Shown: positions 17,493 to 27,924, counted from the stretch's first letter. The stretch is 32,000 nt of DNA from Endozoicomonas sp. (GCA_965199185.1 CBDAQW010000004.1:169032-201031), one strand, 5' to 3'. Made by a program: numbers and translations. Notes: generated from the letters alone by a model not told the origin.

Positions 17493-18647
17493 TTATCTGT
17501 CCTTCGGATGGAAGCCAACCATACTCAACAAGCATTTCAGTTTTTCGAGTCTTTCTGCTCTTAACCGATCACCGACTTCCCGACCTTTGATGCCTTGCGT
17601 GACAATATCCCGGGCGTTTATGGCAAGAAGGTCATGCAGGTGATTGATGCATTGCTTGAAGAGTGGTTCAGTGACTTTTTTAGTGTTTTTTTCAGAGTTG
17701 ATGAAGGATATGCAGGTCAGTAAATCCTTAAACCGTTCAGGGCGACGAATAGCATCGGTCTGTTCGTACAAACGCATCCAGGCTTCTGCATTCCGGGTTG
17801 GCAGAATATCCGGAACCGTTGCACCGTATTGAACCACCAATGCCGCCATCTCGGTAAAGGCTGCGGGTAAACGCATCCGCCCGGACATTGCCTGAACCAC
17901 TGGCAAACTCTCAACATCACCGGCAAACAGACAACCGAAACGAACGACATCGCTAGCCTGATGGTTAGCCGCCGCCTGCAGGTTGTTTAAGTTGTCTGAA
18001 TTATGGATGAAGGTATGAATTTCCGGCAGAACAACGGATAAAGCACCGCACTCTTCCAGTATTTTGAAATAGATGTCCGGTGCTGGTTCCATCAAAGCAC
18101 GAACGGTTTCCTGCCAGACTCGCTCCGCCACAAGATGAGAAGCTTCACCCGATGTGACCATGCTTTTCATTAATTCCATGGTTTCATTAGCAACAGTAAA
18201 TCCCAGTGAATGAAAGCGGGCGGCAAAACGTGCTACCCGCAAAATCCGCAGAGGGTCTTCCTGAAATGCCGGTGAAACATGACGTAATTGCTGTTGTTGA
18301 ATGTCTTTCTGCCCCTGATAAGGGTCAATCAGGTTACCCTGTTCGTCTTCAGCAATGGCGTTAATGGTCAGATCACGGCGAATTAAATCTTCTTCAATAC
18401 TGACATCCGCCGCAGTATGAAAGACAAAGCCAGCATAGCCATGACCGGATTTTCGCTCTGTTCGGGCCAGAGCGTATTCTTCGTTAGTATCAGGGTGCAG
18501 AAATACCGGGAAATCCTTTCCGACGGGTCTGTAGCCCAGTCTTTTCATACGCTGAGGCGTGGTTCCGGTCACTACCCAGTCGTTATCTTTTACCGGTAAT
18601 CCCAGCAGTTTGTCTCGAACGGCTCCGCCGACCAGATAAATCTTCAT
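17493..18647 (-). CDS. cca: CCA-adding tRNA nucleotidyltransferase
   Basis: MKIYLVGGAVRDKLLGLPVKDNDWVV, RRDLTINA and LRILRVARFAARF motifs of class II CCA-adding enzymes. Confidence 0.9.
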   Translation of the reverse strand: MKIYLVGGAVRDKLLGLPVKDNDWVVTGTTPQRMKRLGYRPVGKDFPVFLHPDTNEEYALARTERKSGHGYAGFVFHTAADVSIEEDLIRRDLTINAIAEDEQGNLIDPYQGQKDIQQQQLRHVSPAFQEDPLRILRVARFAARFHSLGFTVANETMELMKSMVTSGEASHLVAERVWQETVRALMEPAPDIYFKILEECGALSVVLPEIHTFIHNSDNLNNLQAAANHQASDVVRFGCLFAGDVESLPVVQAMSGRMRLPAAFTEMAALVVQYGATVPDILPTRNAEAWMRLYEQTDAIRRPERFKDLLTCISFINSEKNTKKVTEPLFKQCINHLHDLLAINARDIVTQGIKGREVGDRLRAERLEKLKCLLSMVGFHPKDR

Positions 18648-18826
18648 GTATGACTCTTGGGAGGAAAACTGAACTATCAGTGTATGGCACTTGCTGATTA
18701 TTAGAAACAGGAGAATTTTTTTCTCTAAAACTGAATTAATAAAGATTCAAATACTCAAAAAGAAGAACTATTGAGAATATTTGAAATATTTTTCTATGAA
18801 TTAGTTTGTAAACTTTAGTTATTTAA

Positions 18827-19007
18827 ACCCGATGTGTGACTTTTAATTTCAACATGGCTATCCATGCCACGTGGATCCCGTACAGTCCCTGTACGGGATG
18901 ACAGCAGAGTGCACCAAACCTCTACTAGCTGTCATTCTGTACAGGGAGTGTACAGAACCCATAAGCCATGGATTGGCAACCTACGAGATAAAAGTCACAC
19001 ATCGGGT
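18827..19007 (+). repeat. MITE-1 copy E, intact (181 bp), with a target-site duplication
   Basis: Terminal inverted repeats acccgatgtgtgactttt / aaaagtcacacatcgggt. Flanked by ttatttaa on both sides (with an ambiguous 1-nt boundary). Internal 11-bp stem atcccgtacag/ctgtacgggat. No coding capacity. Confidence 0.8.
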
Positions 19008-19049
19008 TATTTAAGTCAGTTAATAAATATCAAACAAGGGAAACGCGAT

Positions 19050-20117
19050 ATGAAATGCCACGAGTGGATAAATCAGGCCATCCGGAAGATAGAAGCGGAC
19101 TTTCAGCGCAGTGCTGATACGCATTTGATCAAGCTCGATCTACCCATGCTCAACGGCATTGATCTGTATCTCAAAGATGAAAGTACACACCCCACCGGCA
19201 GCCTCAAACACCGCTTGGCACGTTCCCTGTTTTTATACGGTATCTGTAATGGCTGGATTGACCATAATACCACAGTCATTGAGTCTTCATCTGGTAGCAC
19301 TGCTGTTTCTGAAGCCTATTTTGCCCGCTTGCTGGGCTTGCCGTTTATCGCTGTTATGCCTAAAAGCACATCGGCCAAAAAAATCAGTAAGATTGAATTT
19401 TATGGCGGTCAATGCCATCTAGTGGATCACTCCAGCCAGATTTATGCAGAATCCCAGCGTCTCGCCAAAGAGCTGAATGGGCACTATATGGATCAGTTCA
19501 CCTACGCAGAGCGAGCAACCGACTGGCGAGGTAACAACAACATTGCTAATTCCATTTTTAACCAGATGAAAGCTGAGCCGCACCCTGTGCCAGATTATGT
19601 AGTCATGAGTCCGGGCACCGGCGGTACATCGGCGACCATAGGTCGTTTCATCCGTTATCAGAAACTGAATACCAAACTCTGTGTGGTTGACCCGGATCAC
19701 TCAGTATTTATGGATTACTTCAATACCGGCGATACCAGCCTGACGATTGATAAGGGATCACGAATAGAAGGCATTGGTCGTCCAAGGGTTGAACCCTCTT
19801 TCATTCCCGGCGTCATTGATGAGATGCGTCGTATACCCGATGCTGCTGCCATTGCCACTATTCACTGGCTTGAGAATATTATTGGTCGCAAAGCTGGCCC
19901 TAGCACTGGCACCAATCTCTACGGCGCACTGCAAATTGCCAGCGAAATGAAGGCCAGAGGGGAAACCGGTTCAGTGGTGACTTTGTTATGCGACAGTGGT
20001 GAGCGTTATCTGGATACCTGTTATAACCCGGAATGGGTAGCAGCCAACATCGGTGAGACCAGCCGTTGGGAAGATTATCTGGCGACGTTTGAAAAGAACG
20101 GATACCTTCCCTCATAG
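19050..20117 (+). CDS. PLP-dependent cysteine synthase-family (fold type II) enzyme
   Basis: [14 protein letters not shown] (PLP-lysine region) and [12 protein letters not shown] phosphate-binding loop. ATG 19050 follows AAGGG. The track ORF's first 62 aa are read from the MITE. Confidence 0.8.
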   Translation: MKCHEWINQAIRKIEADFQRSADTHLIKLDLPMLNGIDLYLKDESTHPTGSLKHRLARSLFLYGICNGWIDHNTTVIESSSGSTAVSEAYFARLLGLPFIAVMPKSTSAKKISKIEFYGGQCHLVDHSSQIYAESQRLAKELNGHYMDQFTYAERATDWRGNNNIANSIFNQMKAEPHPVPDYVVMSPGTGGTSATIGRFIRYQKLNTKLCVVDPDHSVFMDYFNTGDTSLTIDKGSRIEGIGRPRVEPSFIPGVIDEMRRIPDAAAIATIHWLENIIGRKAGPSTGTNLYGALQIASEMKARGETGSVVTLLCDSGERYLDTCYNPEWVAANIGETSRWEDYLATFEKNGYLPS

Positions 20118-20139
20118 TCAGCAATGTAAGAGTCTGCAC

Positions 20140-20170
20140 AGGTCGGCATGTCCTTCGGGCATAACGACCT
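20140..20170. terminator. Hairpin between convergent genes
   Basis: aggtcg-gcatgtccttcgggcat-aa-cgacct, a compound stem lying between the stops at 20117 and 20182. Confidence 0.4.
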
Positions 20171-20181
20171 AAGAATAAGGG

Positions 20182-21555
20182 TCAAATCGCTTCCAGCGCT
20201 TCCGAAAGCTTATTAATAGCAACAACCGTCAAACCATCAATCGGCTTACGAGGTTTGTTAGCCGCTGGTACAATCGCCCGCTTAAATCCATGTTTAGCCG
20301 CTTCAATCAAACGCTCCTGACCATTGGCAACCGGGCGAATCTCTCCAGCCAGACCAACCTCACCAAACGCAATAAGATCTTGTGGAAGCGGGTTATCCCG
20401 CAAGCTCGACACCACCGCCAGCAAACTGGCTAAATCTGCACTGGTTTCCGAGACTTTGACACCACCTACCACGTTCAGAAACACATCCTGATCGCTGGTG
20501 AATATGCCACCATGACGGGTAAGAATTGCCAGCAACATAGCGAGACGGTTCTGCTCAAGACCAACAGTCACACGACGAGGGTTTCCTAATTGAGACTCCA
20601 CAACCAACCCTTGTATTTCGACCAGCAAAGGGCGAGTGCCTTCCCAAAGCACTGAGATAATACTGCCGGAAGTTGGCTCTGGAGTACGAGACAGGAAAAT
20701 AGCCGAAGGGTTTTTAACTTCCTTCAAACCCGTTTCAGTCATGGCAAAAATACCCAGCTCATTCACCTGGCCAAAACGGTTTTTGGTCGCCCGCATCATT
20801 CGGAAACGGGAATCATCGGTATTCCCCAGCATCACCTGAGTATCGATAATATGTGAGAGTGTCATGGGGCCGGCGAGCGAGTTATCTTTGGTGACATGAC
20901 CAACAATCAGCAGAACGGTTCCAGTCTGTTTGGCAAATCGGGTCAGAAAAGCAGCGGACTCTTTCACCTGAGCCACACCACCGGGGGCAGCATCCACACC
21001 ATTCATGTACATCACCTGAATGGAGTCGATGACGATGATCCCCGGTTTTTCCTGTTCAGCCACGGCAACAATATTCTCAGCGGAGGTTTCTGCCAGCATT
21101 TTCAGGCGATCTGTGGGTAATTTTAATCGTTGTGCCCGGGCTGCAATCTGTTGCAGAGATTCCTCACCAGACACATAAAGTGCATTCATTTGCTGCGCCA
21201 CATGACAAAGCACCTGCAACAGAATAGTACTTTTACCCGCCCCCGGATGTCCGCCAATCAGCACAGCACTGCCTTTGACAAAACCGCCGCCCAGCACCCG
21301 GTCAAACTCGGTCATACCGCTGGAGAAGCGGGGCGCTTCTGCCACATCCACTTCATTTAGTGTTTGCAGCGACGACAGTGTGCCAGCAAAACCTGCCCGA
21401 TTGGTTGCCGCAACAGAAGGAGCAGACGCTGGGCCAAGATTCACTTCTTTGAAGGAATTCCAGGCTTTGCAGTCAGGGCATTGTCCTTGCCATTTTGCCG
21501 ACTCGCTGCCGCACTCTGTACAAACATAGGCTTTGCGGGATTTAGGTTTTGCCAT
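20182..21555 (-). CDS. radA: DNA repair protein RadA/Sms
   Basis: N-terminal CTECGSESAKWQGQCPDC zinc finger, Walker A GHPGAGKST, KNRFG motif and a Lon-protease-like C-terminal domain. Confidence 0.95.
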   Translation of the reverse strand: MAKPKSRKAYVCTECGSESAKWQGQCPDCKAWNSFKEVNLGPASAPSVAATNRAGFAGTLSSLQTLNEVDVAEAPRFSSGMTEFDRVLGGGFVKGSAVLIGGHPGAGKSTILLQVLCHVAQQMNALYVSGEESLQQIAARAQRLKLPTDRLKMLAETSAENIVAVAEQEKPGIIVIDSIQVMYMNGVDAAPGGVAQVKESAAFLTRFAKQTGTVLLIVGHVTKDNSLAGPMTLSHIIDTQVMLGNTDDSRFRMMRATKNRFGQVNELGIFAMTETGLKEVKNPSAIFLSRTPEPTSGSIISVLWEGTRPLLVEIQGLVVESQLGNPRRVTVGLEQNRLAMLLAILTRHGGIFTSDQDVFLNVVGGVKVSETSADLASLLAVVSSLRDNPLPQDLIAFGEVGLAGEIRPVANGQERLIEAAKHGFKRAIVPAANKPRKPIDGLTVVAINKLSEALEAI

Positions 21556-21586
21556 GAAAGCGTCCGTGTGTAAAAAAACCTTCAGT

Positions 21587-24500
21587 TTACCCTTTCAGCT
21601 TGTGCAGTAATACCTGCACCGGGTGCGGAATCGCTTCGGCGCTGAAGCGTTTCGCCTGACTGCGGCAGGAGTAGCCGGTGGCAACCAGCTTGCCTTTATT
21701 TTCCGGGTTATCCACAACTGCCTTCCAACTCATGTCATAGAGTTTTCTGGAAACGGTTTGATTGCGGCTTTCATGACCGTAAATCCCCGCCATACCGCAA
21801 CAGCCGGTAGGCTGATAAACAAGATTCAAGCCGGTGGCGGCAAACAGTTTTTGCCACTGCGAAGGTGCAGAAGGCACATTGGTGGTTTCAGTACAATGCC
21901 CTAGCAGCGTGTAATCACCGTCAAGATTAAGCTGCAGTTGGCTGATAGCTGGCAATTGTCGTTCAAACCATTCGGATAGCAGCAACACTTCCGGTGCGTC
22001 ATCCCCCATCACCTCATGATATTCATCCCGGTAAGTCAGCGTTACTGCGGCATCAATACCCATCAGGCTGACACCGGAATCCGCCAGCTCTTTCAACTCA
22101 TAACCATTGGTTCTGGCGACTTTTTCAAAGCGACCGAGGAAACCATAAACGTGCAGGACTTTACCATTGGGTTGATAAGGCGTTACCAGAGGTCTATAGC
22201 CGAGCCGGATCAGCAATTCAACCAGATCAGTCAGCACTGGTGTTTCAAAGAAACTGGTGAAAGCATCCTGAACAATAATAACGGTTTTATCGAGTTCTGA
22301 TGTTGGAATGCTGTCCAACAATGAGGGTGAAGCCAACAAGGCTCCTTTACGACAACTGTCTTCAGTCGGAGAAGTACTGGTGATGGCCGGTAATTGAGTT
22401 AATCCTACGGTGGCACTGGCTAGTTTGTTGGTCAGCTTCCAACCGGTTACCAGATTATAAGCTGGTTTGATTTTTGCCAGCCAGGGTAGCATGGGTTCCA
22501 GCAAACCTGCCACATGATGTTTGACCGGACGAGGGTAACGACCGTGGTAGAGTTCAAAGAAACGAGAGCGCAGGTCAGGTACATTCACCTGAATCGGGCA
22601 TTGCCCGGCGCAGGATTTACAACTCATGCAGTTATCCAGCGCACTGTAAACATCGTGGCTAAAGTCCTCTTCACCACGCCACTTGTTAACTACATTCACC
22701 AGCTTCTTACTGGCATCTGAGACTATATTCTGCTGATAACGAATGCGGTTAATTTCCTGTGGAATATCAGCGCCGGCAGCCGTTTGTAATTTTAACCATT
22801 CACGTACCAGCCCTGAGCGCCCTTTGGGGGATTGGATGCGATCATATGTCGCCTTCCAGGTCGGACACATGGCGCTGTTAGGGCTGTAATTAAAGCAGGC
22901 ACCGTTGCCGTTGCAGTACATACCGGCACTGAATACTTCAAAGGCATTGCGCTCAATGGTTCGGTCTGCCTGACCTCTGGTCGGAACACCATCGATCTTG
23001 AGGAGCGGAATGTCATCATTAGCCGGTGTCGCCAGCTTGCCCGGATTCAATTGATTGTAAGGATCAAAAGCCTGCTTGATTTTCTGCAAAGCGGGATACA
23101 GTTCCGCAAAAAAAGCCGGAGAATATTCCGAGCGAACACCTTTGCCGTGTTCGCCCCAGAGTACGCCGCCATGTTGTTGTGCTAGCGCTGCCACTTCATC
23201 AGAGATAGAACGAACCAGCGTTTCCTGTTCCGGGTCTTTCATATCGATGGCAGGGCGAACATGCAGAACACCGGCATCCACATGACCAAACATGCCATAA
23301 CTGAGTTGGTGGCGATCGAGCAAAGCACGGAAAGCTTTGATAAAGTCAGCGAGATTTTCTGGCGGCACCGCTACATCTTCCACAAATGGAATGGGGCGAG
23401 CGTCGCCTTCCATATTACCCAGCAAACCAACCGCTTGTTTGCGCATCGCCCAGATTTTTTTCACATTGGCAGAACCCATCACCACATGATGACCTGCCCG
23501 TTGGACGGTTGCCGGTTTTTCCAGTTGGGATACTAGCCTTTGAATACCAACTTGCAATTCTTCTGAATCGCCGGTAAATTCAACAAAATTAATACCGTCG
23601 ATATTACTGCTGTTTTCCGGAAAAAAGTCTTTCACGCTCTGCCAGATACTATCGGATTTCGCCAGATTCAACACCCGTGAATCAATGGTCTCAATGGAGC
23701 CGGGTTCTGCCGCCATTAACGATTGAGCATCCTGCAGAGATTCCTGAAAACTCTTGTAGAAAACCAGCACCAGAGCAGAGGTTTTTGGAATAGGCAGCAA
23801 GTTAACCTTGATCTCACTGACCATTGCCAGCGTCCCTTCAGAACCACAGAGAATGGCATTGAGATCAAACCTGCCGTCGTCTTTTATAATATTAGCGAGG
23901 TCATAGCCAGTAAGGTTGCGATTGAGTTTTGGGAAAATGCGCTCAACCTGTTCGTGATGGTTCTGGTGAATCTCACGAACGGTTTTATAAATAGCGCCTT
24001 CCCGGTCAGAACGCTGGCACAAGACTTCAAGTGTCTCGGTTTCAACCGGTGATGACGTACAAATAGAACCATCTGCCAGCACAGATGTCAGTTCCAGAAC
24101 ATGATGACGGGTTTTGCCATAAACCACAGAGCCTTGTCCGGAAGCATCGGTGTTCACCATTCCGCCAACAGTTGCCCGATTGCTGGTGGATAACTCGGGG
24201 GCAAAAAACAACCCATTTTTTGCTGCCTGTTCATTCAGCAGGTCTTTCACCGTTCCTGCCTGCACCCGCGCCCAGCGTTCTTCCACGTTGATCTCAAGAA
24301 CTTTGTTCATATAACGACTGGTATCTACCATAAAACCAGACGTCAATGACTGACCATTAGTGCCTGTACCGCCGCCCCGGGGTGACAGAACGATGGTTTG
24401 AAACTCAGGCTCATGGGCTGTGGATAAAATCAGACTGAGATCACCCGTGGATGACGGGTAAAGAACACCCTGTGGTAATACCTGATAAATAGAGTTATCG

Positions 24501-24625
24501 GTGGCCAGTACCATCCGGTCGGCATAACCCAGTTCTATGTCGCCGTTGAATCCTTTGCCGGACAGTTGTTCGGCAAACTGATGGTATAGATGTTCGGCTG
24601 TCTGCTGGCTTAACTGGCTTATCAC
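21587..24625 (-). CDS. ydiJ: FAD-linked oxidase fused to Fe-S/CCG domains, YdiJ-like (D-2-hydroxyglutarate dehydrogenase type)
   Basis: 1012-aa ORF. N-terminal FAD-binding PCMH region (PRGGGTGTNGQS), a central CMSCKSCAGQCP 4Fe-4S motif, and a Cys-rich C-terminal domain. The architecture matches E. coli YdiJ. Confidence 0.8.
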   Translation of the reverse strand: MISQLSQQTAEHLYHQFAEQLSGKGFNGDIELGYADRMVLATDNSIYQVLPQGVLYPSSTGDLSLILSTAHEPEFQTIVLSPRGGGTGTNGQSLTSGFMVDTSRYMNKVLEINVEERWARVQAGTVKDLLNEQAAKNGLFFAPELSTSNRATVGGMVNTDASGQGSVVYGKTRHHVLELTSVLADGSICTSSPVETETLEVLCQRSDREGAIYKTVREIHQNHHEQVERIFPKLNRNLTGYDLANIIKDDGRFDLNAILCGSEGTLAMVSEIKVNLLPIPKTSALVLVFYKSFQESLQDAQSLMAAEPGSIETIDSRVLNLAKSDSIWQSVKDFFPENSSNIDGINFVEFTGDSEELQVGIQRLVSQLEKPATVQRAGHHVVMGSANVKKIWAMRKQAVGLLGNMEGDARPIPFVEDVAVPPENLADFIKAFRALLDRHQLSYGMFGHVDAGVLHVRPAIDMKDPEQETLVRSISDEVAALAQQHGGVLWGEHGKGVRSEYSPAFFAELYPALQKIKQAFDPYNQLNPGKLATPANDDIPLLKIDGVPTRGQADRTIERNAFEVFSAGMYCNGNGACFNYSPNSAMCPTWKATYDRIQSPKGRSGLVREWLKLQTAAGADIPQEINRIRYQQNIVSDASKKLVNVVNKWRGEEDFSHDVYSALDNCMSCKSCAGQCPIQVNVPDLRSRFFELYHGRYPRPVKHHVAGLLEPMLPWLAKIKPAYNLVTGWKLTNKLASATVGLTQLPAITSTSPTEDSCRKGALLASPSLLDSIPTSELDKTVIIVQDAFTSFFETPVLTDLVELLIRLGYRPLVTPYQPNGKVLHVYGFLGRFEKVARTNGYELKELADSGVSLMGIDAAVTLTYRDEYHEVMGDDAPEVLLLSEWFERQLPAISQLQLNLDGDYTLLGHCTETTNVPSAPSQWQKLFAATGLNLVYQPTGCCGMAGIYGHESRNQTVSRKLYDMSWKAVVDNPENKGKLVATGYSCRSQAKRFSAEAIPHPVQVLLHKLKG

Positions 24626-24934
24626 GGCGTGCTTCCCCTCAACATCTCGTTATTGCGAGGTATTGTACGTAATTTTGTCTTGGCTATGGGATTTTGTTTT
24701 GGTTTTTTCGTCTACTTTATAGCAGGCTCTATTAACCTGCTCAAATGACCAATAAACCAGGATAAATCTTATATGATTAGCTACGTATCATTTAATCTGT
24801 TTAGCGGGAGCCTCAAGAGATAAATATTGAATTACTCGAAATACTCAACTTAAGTCATAACAATAAAGGGAAGAACAGATGTAATAAACACTGTTTTTGA
24901 CGCCTGTATTAATTAAGCAGTTGCAGAGGAAGTA

Positions 24935-26305
24935 ATGCGTCAGTTTATTGTTATTTCATTATTGTGGTTTTCTACCTGCGTTTTTGGAACGCAGGAACAT
25001 GGGAAGAAAAACTGGATTAGCTGGCTGGTGAGTCTGACCGAACAGGGAATCGATGTTTCTCCCCAGCACTGGCAGATATTGGCAGGCAATCCATCCAGTC
25101 AACAAGTTGAATCGATTGTTCTTAAATACGCCCTTTATCTCGATGCCGGAAGGCTCGACAAAAAATATTATCAACCCGGTTGGGCGATTCCTGACATACT
25201 CTCCACTCCAGCTCCGAACCTTTCTCCGGGTACATTGCAAAGGCTTCAGCCTGACATTCCTCAATACGCTGCACTGGTTCAGGCACTGGCGGTTTTAAAG
25301 GAATGGCGTGACAGTGCCGACGAGCATTTCCCCAATGATTTGATTCTTTTTGAAGGCGATCAGCATCCGGCGGTGGCAAGGTTGAATCAGTGGCTGGCAG
25401 ATCTTGATCTGGCTCATGGGCTTCCGGACGAAGCGTACTCACAACACCACAAAGATATACTGACCGAGGTACAACTGAAATATGACCTTAGTCCAGATGG
25501 CAGGCTGGGCGCACTCACCCGCCAGGCATTGCTTGCTATTAACCTTCATCGAATCAGAACCATCAAAGCGAATTTGGAACGTTTGCGCTGGCTGCCTAAA
25601 AAACTGCCTTACCCACATATTTTTGTTGATATTGCCGGTTTCAATGTGGCTCATGTTAAGAACAAAAATCAAACCGACATTTATAAGGCAATCATTGGCT
25701 CAAGTCGTAAACAGACGCCCATTTTTCAGAATGAAGTGGAAAGCATCACCGTCAATCCTATCTGGAAAGTCCCCCACGGGATTGCTGCCAGAAGCCTGTT
25801 GAAAGAGGAAAAAAAACATCCCGGTTTCTTTCGCAAAGAAGGGTTTCGAATATACACAAGCTGGGATGACAACGCGCCGGAAGTTGAGCCAGAATCGGCG
25901 AACTGGAAGGCGTTCAATGTTGGTAGCTTCAGGCATCGTCTGGAGCAAGAGCCCGGCCCTTTAAATCGCCTTGGTAAACTAAAGCTGAATTTACCGAATG
26001 CCTATGGTATTTACCTGCATGGTACGGATAAGCCTGAACTGTTTGAGAAAACCAAAAGAGCGTTAAGTTCCGGTTGTACCCGTGTGGAAGGGATTGACTA
26101 TCTTGCGGGGAATATCGCTTTAGAACAGGGTGTTGCAGTACTTTTTGAGGAAGCAATGAAATCGGATGCAACACAAAAAATCGAATTGAATAGCTACATA
26201 CCCATCTACTTCATGTACTTTACTGCCTGGCCAGACAGTAGTGGCAAGGTGCGATTCCGTGAAGATATTTACAAACTCGATAACGCGCTGACAAGCTGGT
26301 TTTGA
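24935..26305 (+). CDS. L,D-transpeptidase (YkuD domain, YcbB/LdtD-like)
   Basis: Signal-peptide-like start, PG-binding-like LSPDGRLGALTRQAL, and catalytic YLHGT...SSGCTRV motif. Confidence 0.85.
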   Translation: MRQFIVISLLWFSTCVFGTQEHGKKNWISWLVSLTEQGIDVSPQHWQILAGNPSSQQVESIVLKYALYLDAGRLDKKYYQPGWAIPDILSTPAPNLSPGTLQRLQPDIPQYAALVQALAVLKEWRDSADEHFPNDLILFEGDQHPAVARLNQWLADLDLAHGLPDEAYSQHHKDILTEVQLKYDLSPDGRLGALTRQALLAINLHRIRTIKANLERLRWLPKKLPYPHIFVDIAGFNVAHVKNKNQTDIYKAIIGSSRKQTPIFQNEVESITVNPIWKVPHGIAARSLLKEEKKHPGFFRKEGFRIYTSWDDNAPEVEPESANWKAFNVGSFRHRLEQEPGPLNRLGKLKLNLPNAYGIYLHGTDKPELFEKTKRALSSGCTRVEGIDYLAGNIALEQGVAVLFEEAMKSDATQKIELNSYIPIYFMYFTAWPDSSGKVRFREDIYKLDNALTSWF

Positions 26306-26403
26306 AGATTTGGTTCCCTCTGCAAACAAGGTAGAGAAACAATTCGCAGAAGAGTGTCTATACTAACAATCCTTTTAGTAGACATTTATAAATGTTATAG
26401 CCA

Positions 26404-27924
26404 ATGACGCAAAATAAACGCTTTCTTTCTCTATTTCTGGTTTTTTTCTCGATTTCGAGCTTCGCAGGAGTCGATGTCTTCCGATCATCATCAGGCATCG
26501 GTGGCCTTACCTCCTCCCCACTCATAAGAGACTCAATACCTGGTGCTCTTCAGCTTGTTACCGGGTACTTAACTCTTCAGTTTCTTTTCAACCAAATAAC
26601 TAAGCCGTCAGCGAGTATCAATACGAACAAACGACCTGATCAATGGCTATATGCATTAACTCAAGCTCCACTCAATGTACAAAGCAACAGCGTTACACCT
26701 TTATCGGGAACAAAATGCCAACGCATAGTCAGTAACTCAGATCAACCACAATACCAATGTTTTGATGAACACCATAATCTCACAGCCATCAGGGTTGACT
26801 CTAATCCAGATAATGCTGCGATGATGTTTTACGACACACCACCAACTGTTTTTTTTATCAGCGAACGTCTTTTTCAACACCCTCATGAGATTGCCAAAGA
26901 AATCGTCAATCAATCAAAACGTCAACAATCAATCAGAGTAGAAGCAGAACAAAGGGAAAGTTGGTATAAGCTGAACATTCTTGAAGAAGATGATGAAAAA
27001 CGAACGCTCTCCCTTCAGAAAATACATGGGCTGACCGCCGAAGAGCTTGAAAACAGGAAAGCATTACTGTTTAGAGACGAAGAAGGCTCTAATGAAGAGT
27101 CCATCGATCTCTTTGACATTTCACCTGTCCAAGTCCAAAACGAACTATTGACACCCATCGACACCAGCTTCTGTTCTGCAGAATCAAAAGCGGCCTGCAA
27201 CGAGGTGATGACCCATATTGTCCACTATGGAAACACTTTACCAGCAGATAATAGCGATTCTGAAAGTTCTGAAAGTTCTGAAAGTTCTGAAAGTTCTGAA
27301 AGTTCTGAAAGTTCTGAAAGTTCTGAAAGTTCTGAAAGTTCTGATAATAATGCAGACACAGGCCAATTCCCAGGAACAAGTTATACAACAACGACTGAGC
27401 CGGATGGCAGTATTCACAGAATATTTCATGGACCTGTAACAGGTAGCAGCATGCATTTTGGTATTGGCCGCATCTATCGCAATGGAGAGGAAGACCTTAG
27501 TGCGCCTCATTTTGGTATTCGACCAGAGTCCACCAGCCAAAGGCGTAGGGATGAGCGACCAGAGTCTTCTAATCAAAAGCGAAGGAGTAAGCGATCAAAG
27601 CCTTCTAACCAAAGGAGGGGTAATCAAGCAGCATCGTCTACAGCTGCAACTAACTCAGTCACAACTATGATTGGTGGGCAGATGAATGCGGGCACGGTCG
27701 TTACTGGTTTTGCTGACATTGTTAATGGCGTTGTTGTGCCAAGGCGACCTAATAATTCTCCCTCCTCATCGCATCAGAGAAACATTGTGAGTACAAATAT
27801 GCACCTAACATCATCACAGATAAGTACTCTTTATTTAGGTGAGGAAGGTGAGCATTCCTCTACACAATTCACCGCCGAATCCTGTGACATTCAAGACCTG
27901 ATTGTGCCTGATCACTTTGAATAG
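26404..27924 (+). CDS. Hypothetical secreted protein with acidic Ser/Glu and basic Arg/Lys tandem repeats
   Basis: 506-aa ORF. N-terminal MTQNKRFLSLFLVFFSISSFA|G looks like a Sec signal peptide. Contains (ESS)x9, then three RP(E/K)S-x-(S/N)Q(R/K)RR-type 12-aa repeats. I recognise no homology. Confidence 0.7.
   Translation: MTQNKRFLSLFLVFFSISSFAGVDVFRSSSGIGGLTSSPLIRDSIPGALQLVTGYLTLQFLFNQITKPSASINTNKRPDQWLYALTQAPLNVQSNSVTPLSGTKCQRIVSNSDQPQYQCFDEHHNLTAIRVDSNPDNAAMMFYDTPPTVFFISERLFQHPHEIAKEIVNQSKRQQSIRVEAEQRESWYKLNILEEDDEKRTLSLQKIHGLTAEELENRKALLFRDEEGSNEESIDLFDISPVQVQNELLTPIDTSFCSAESKAACNEVMTHIVHYGNTLPADNSDSESSESSESSESSESSESSESSESSESSDNNADTGQFPGTSYTTTTEPDGSIHRIFHGPVTGSSMHFGIGRIYRNGEEDLSAPHFGIRPESTSQRRRDERPESSNQKRRSKRSKPSNQRRGNQAASSTAATNSVTTMIGGQMNAGTVVTGFADIVNGVVVPRRPNNSPSSSHQRNIVSTNMHLTSSQISTLYLGEEGEHSSTQFTAESCDIQDLIVPDHFE
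27262..27342 (+). repeat. Perfect 9-bp tandem repeat (gaaagttct) x9, in frame
   Basis: Nine identical, directly adjacent units encode ESS x9. All the alternative-frame track ORFs here (LKV.., FQN.., FRT..) are artefacts of this repeat. Confidence 0.95.
27520..27627 (+). repeat. Degenerate 36-bp tandem repeat x3, in frame
   Basis: Three adjacent units: cgaccagagtccaccagccaaaggcgtagggatgag, cgaccagagtcttctaatcaaaagcgaaggagtaag and cgatcaaagccttctaaccaaaggaggggtaatcaa. Confidence 0.8.

Noticed and set aside
18864-19049. 62-aa N-terminal extension of the cysteine-synthase-family ORF
   Set aside because: The extension is translated from MITE-1 copy E. The internal ATG at 19050 has an RBS and begins the recognisable enzyme sequence.
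27089-27576. Track ORFs giving FQNFQN..., LKVLKV... and FRTFRT... peptides, and the question of a CRISPR-like array
   Set aside because: They are alternative-frame readings of the 9-bp tandem repeat. The units are directly adjacent with no spacers and are far too short for CRISPR.
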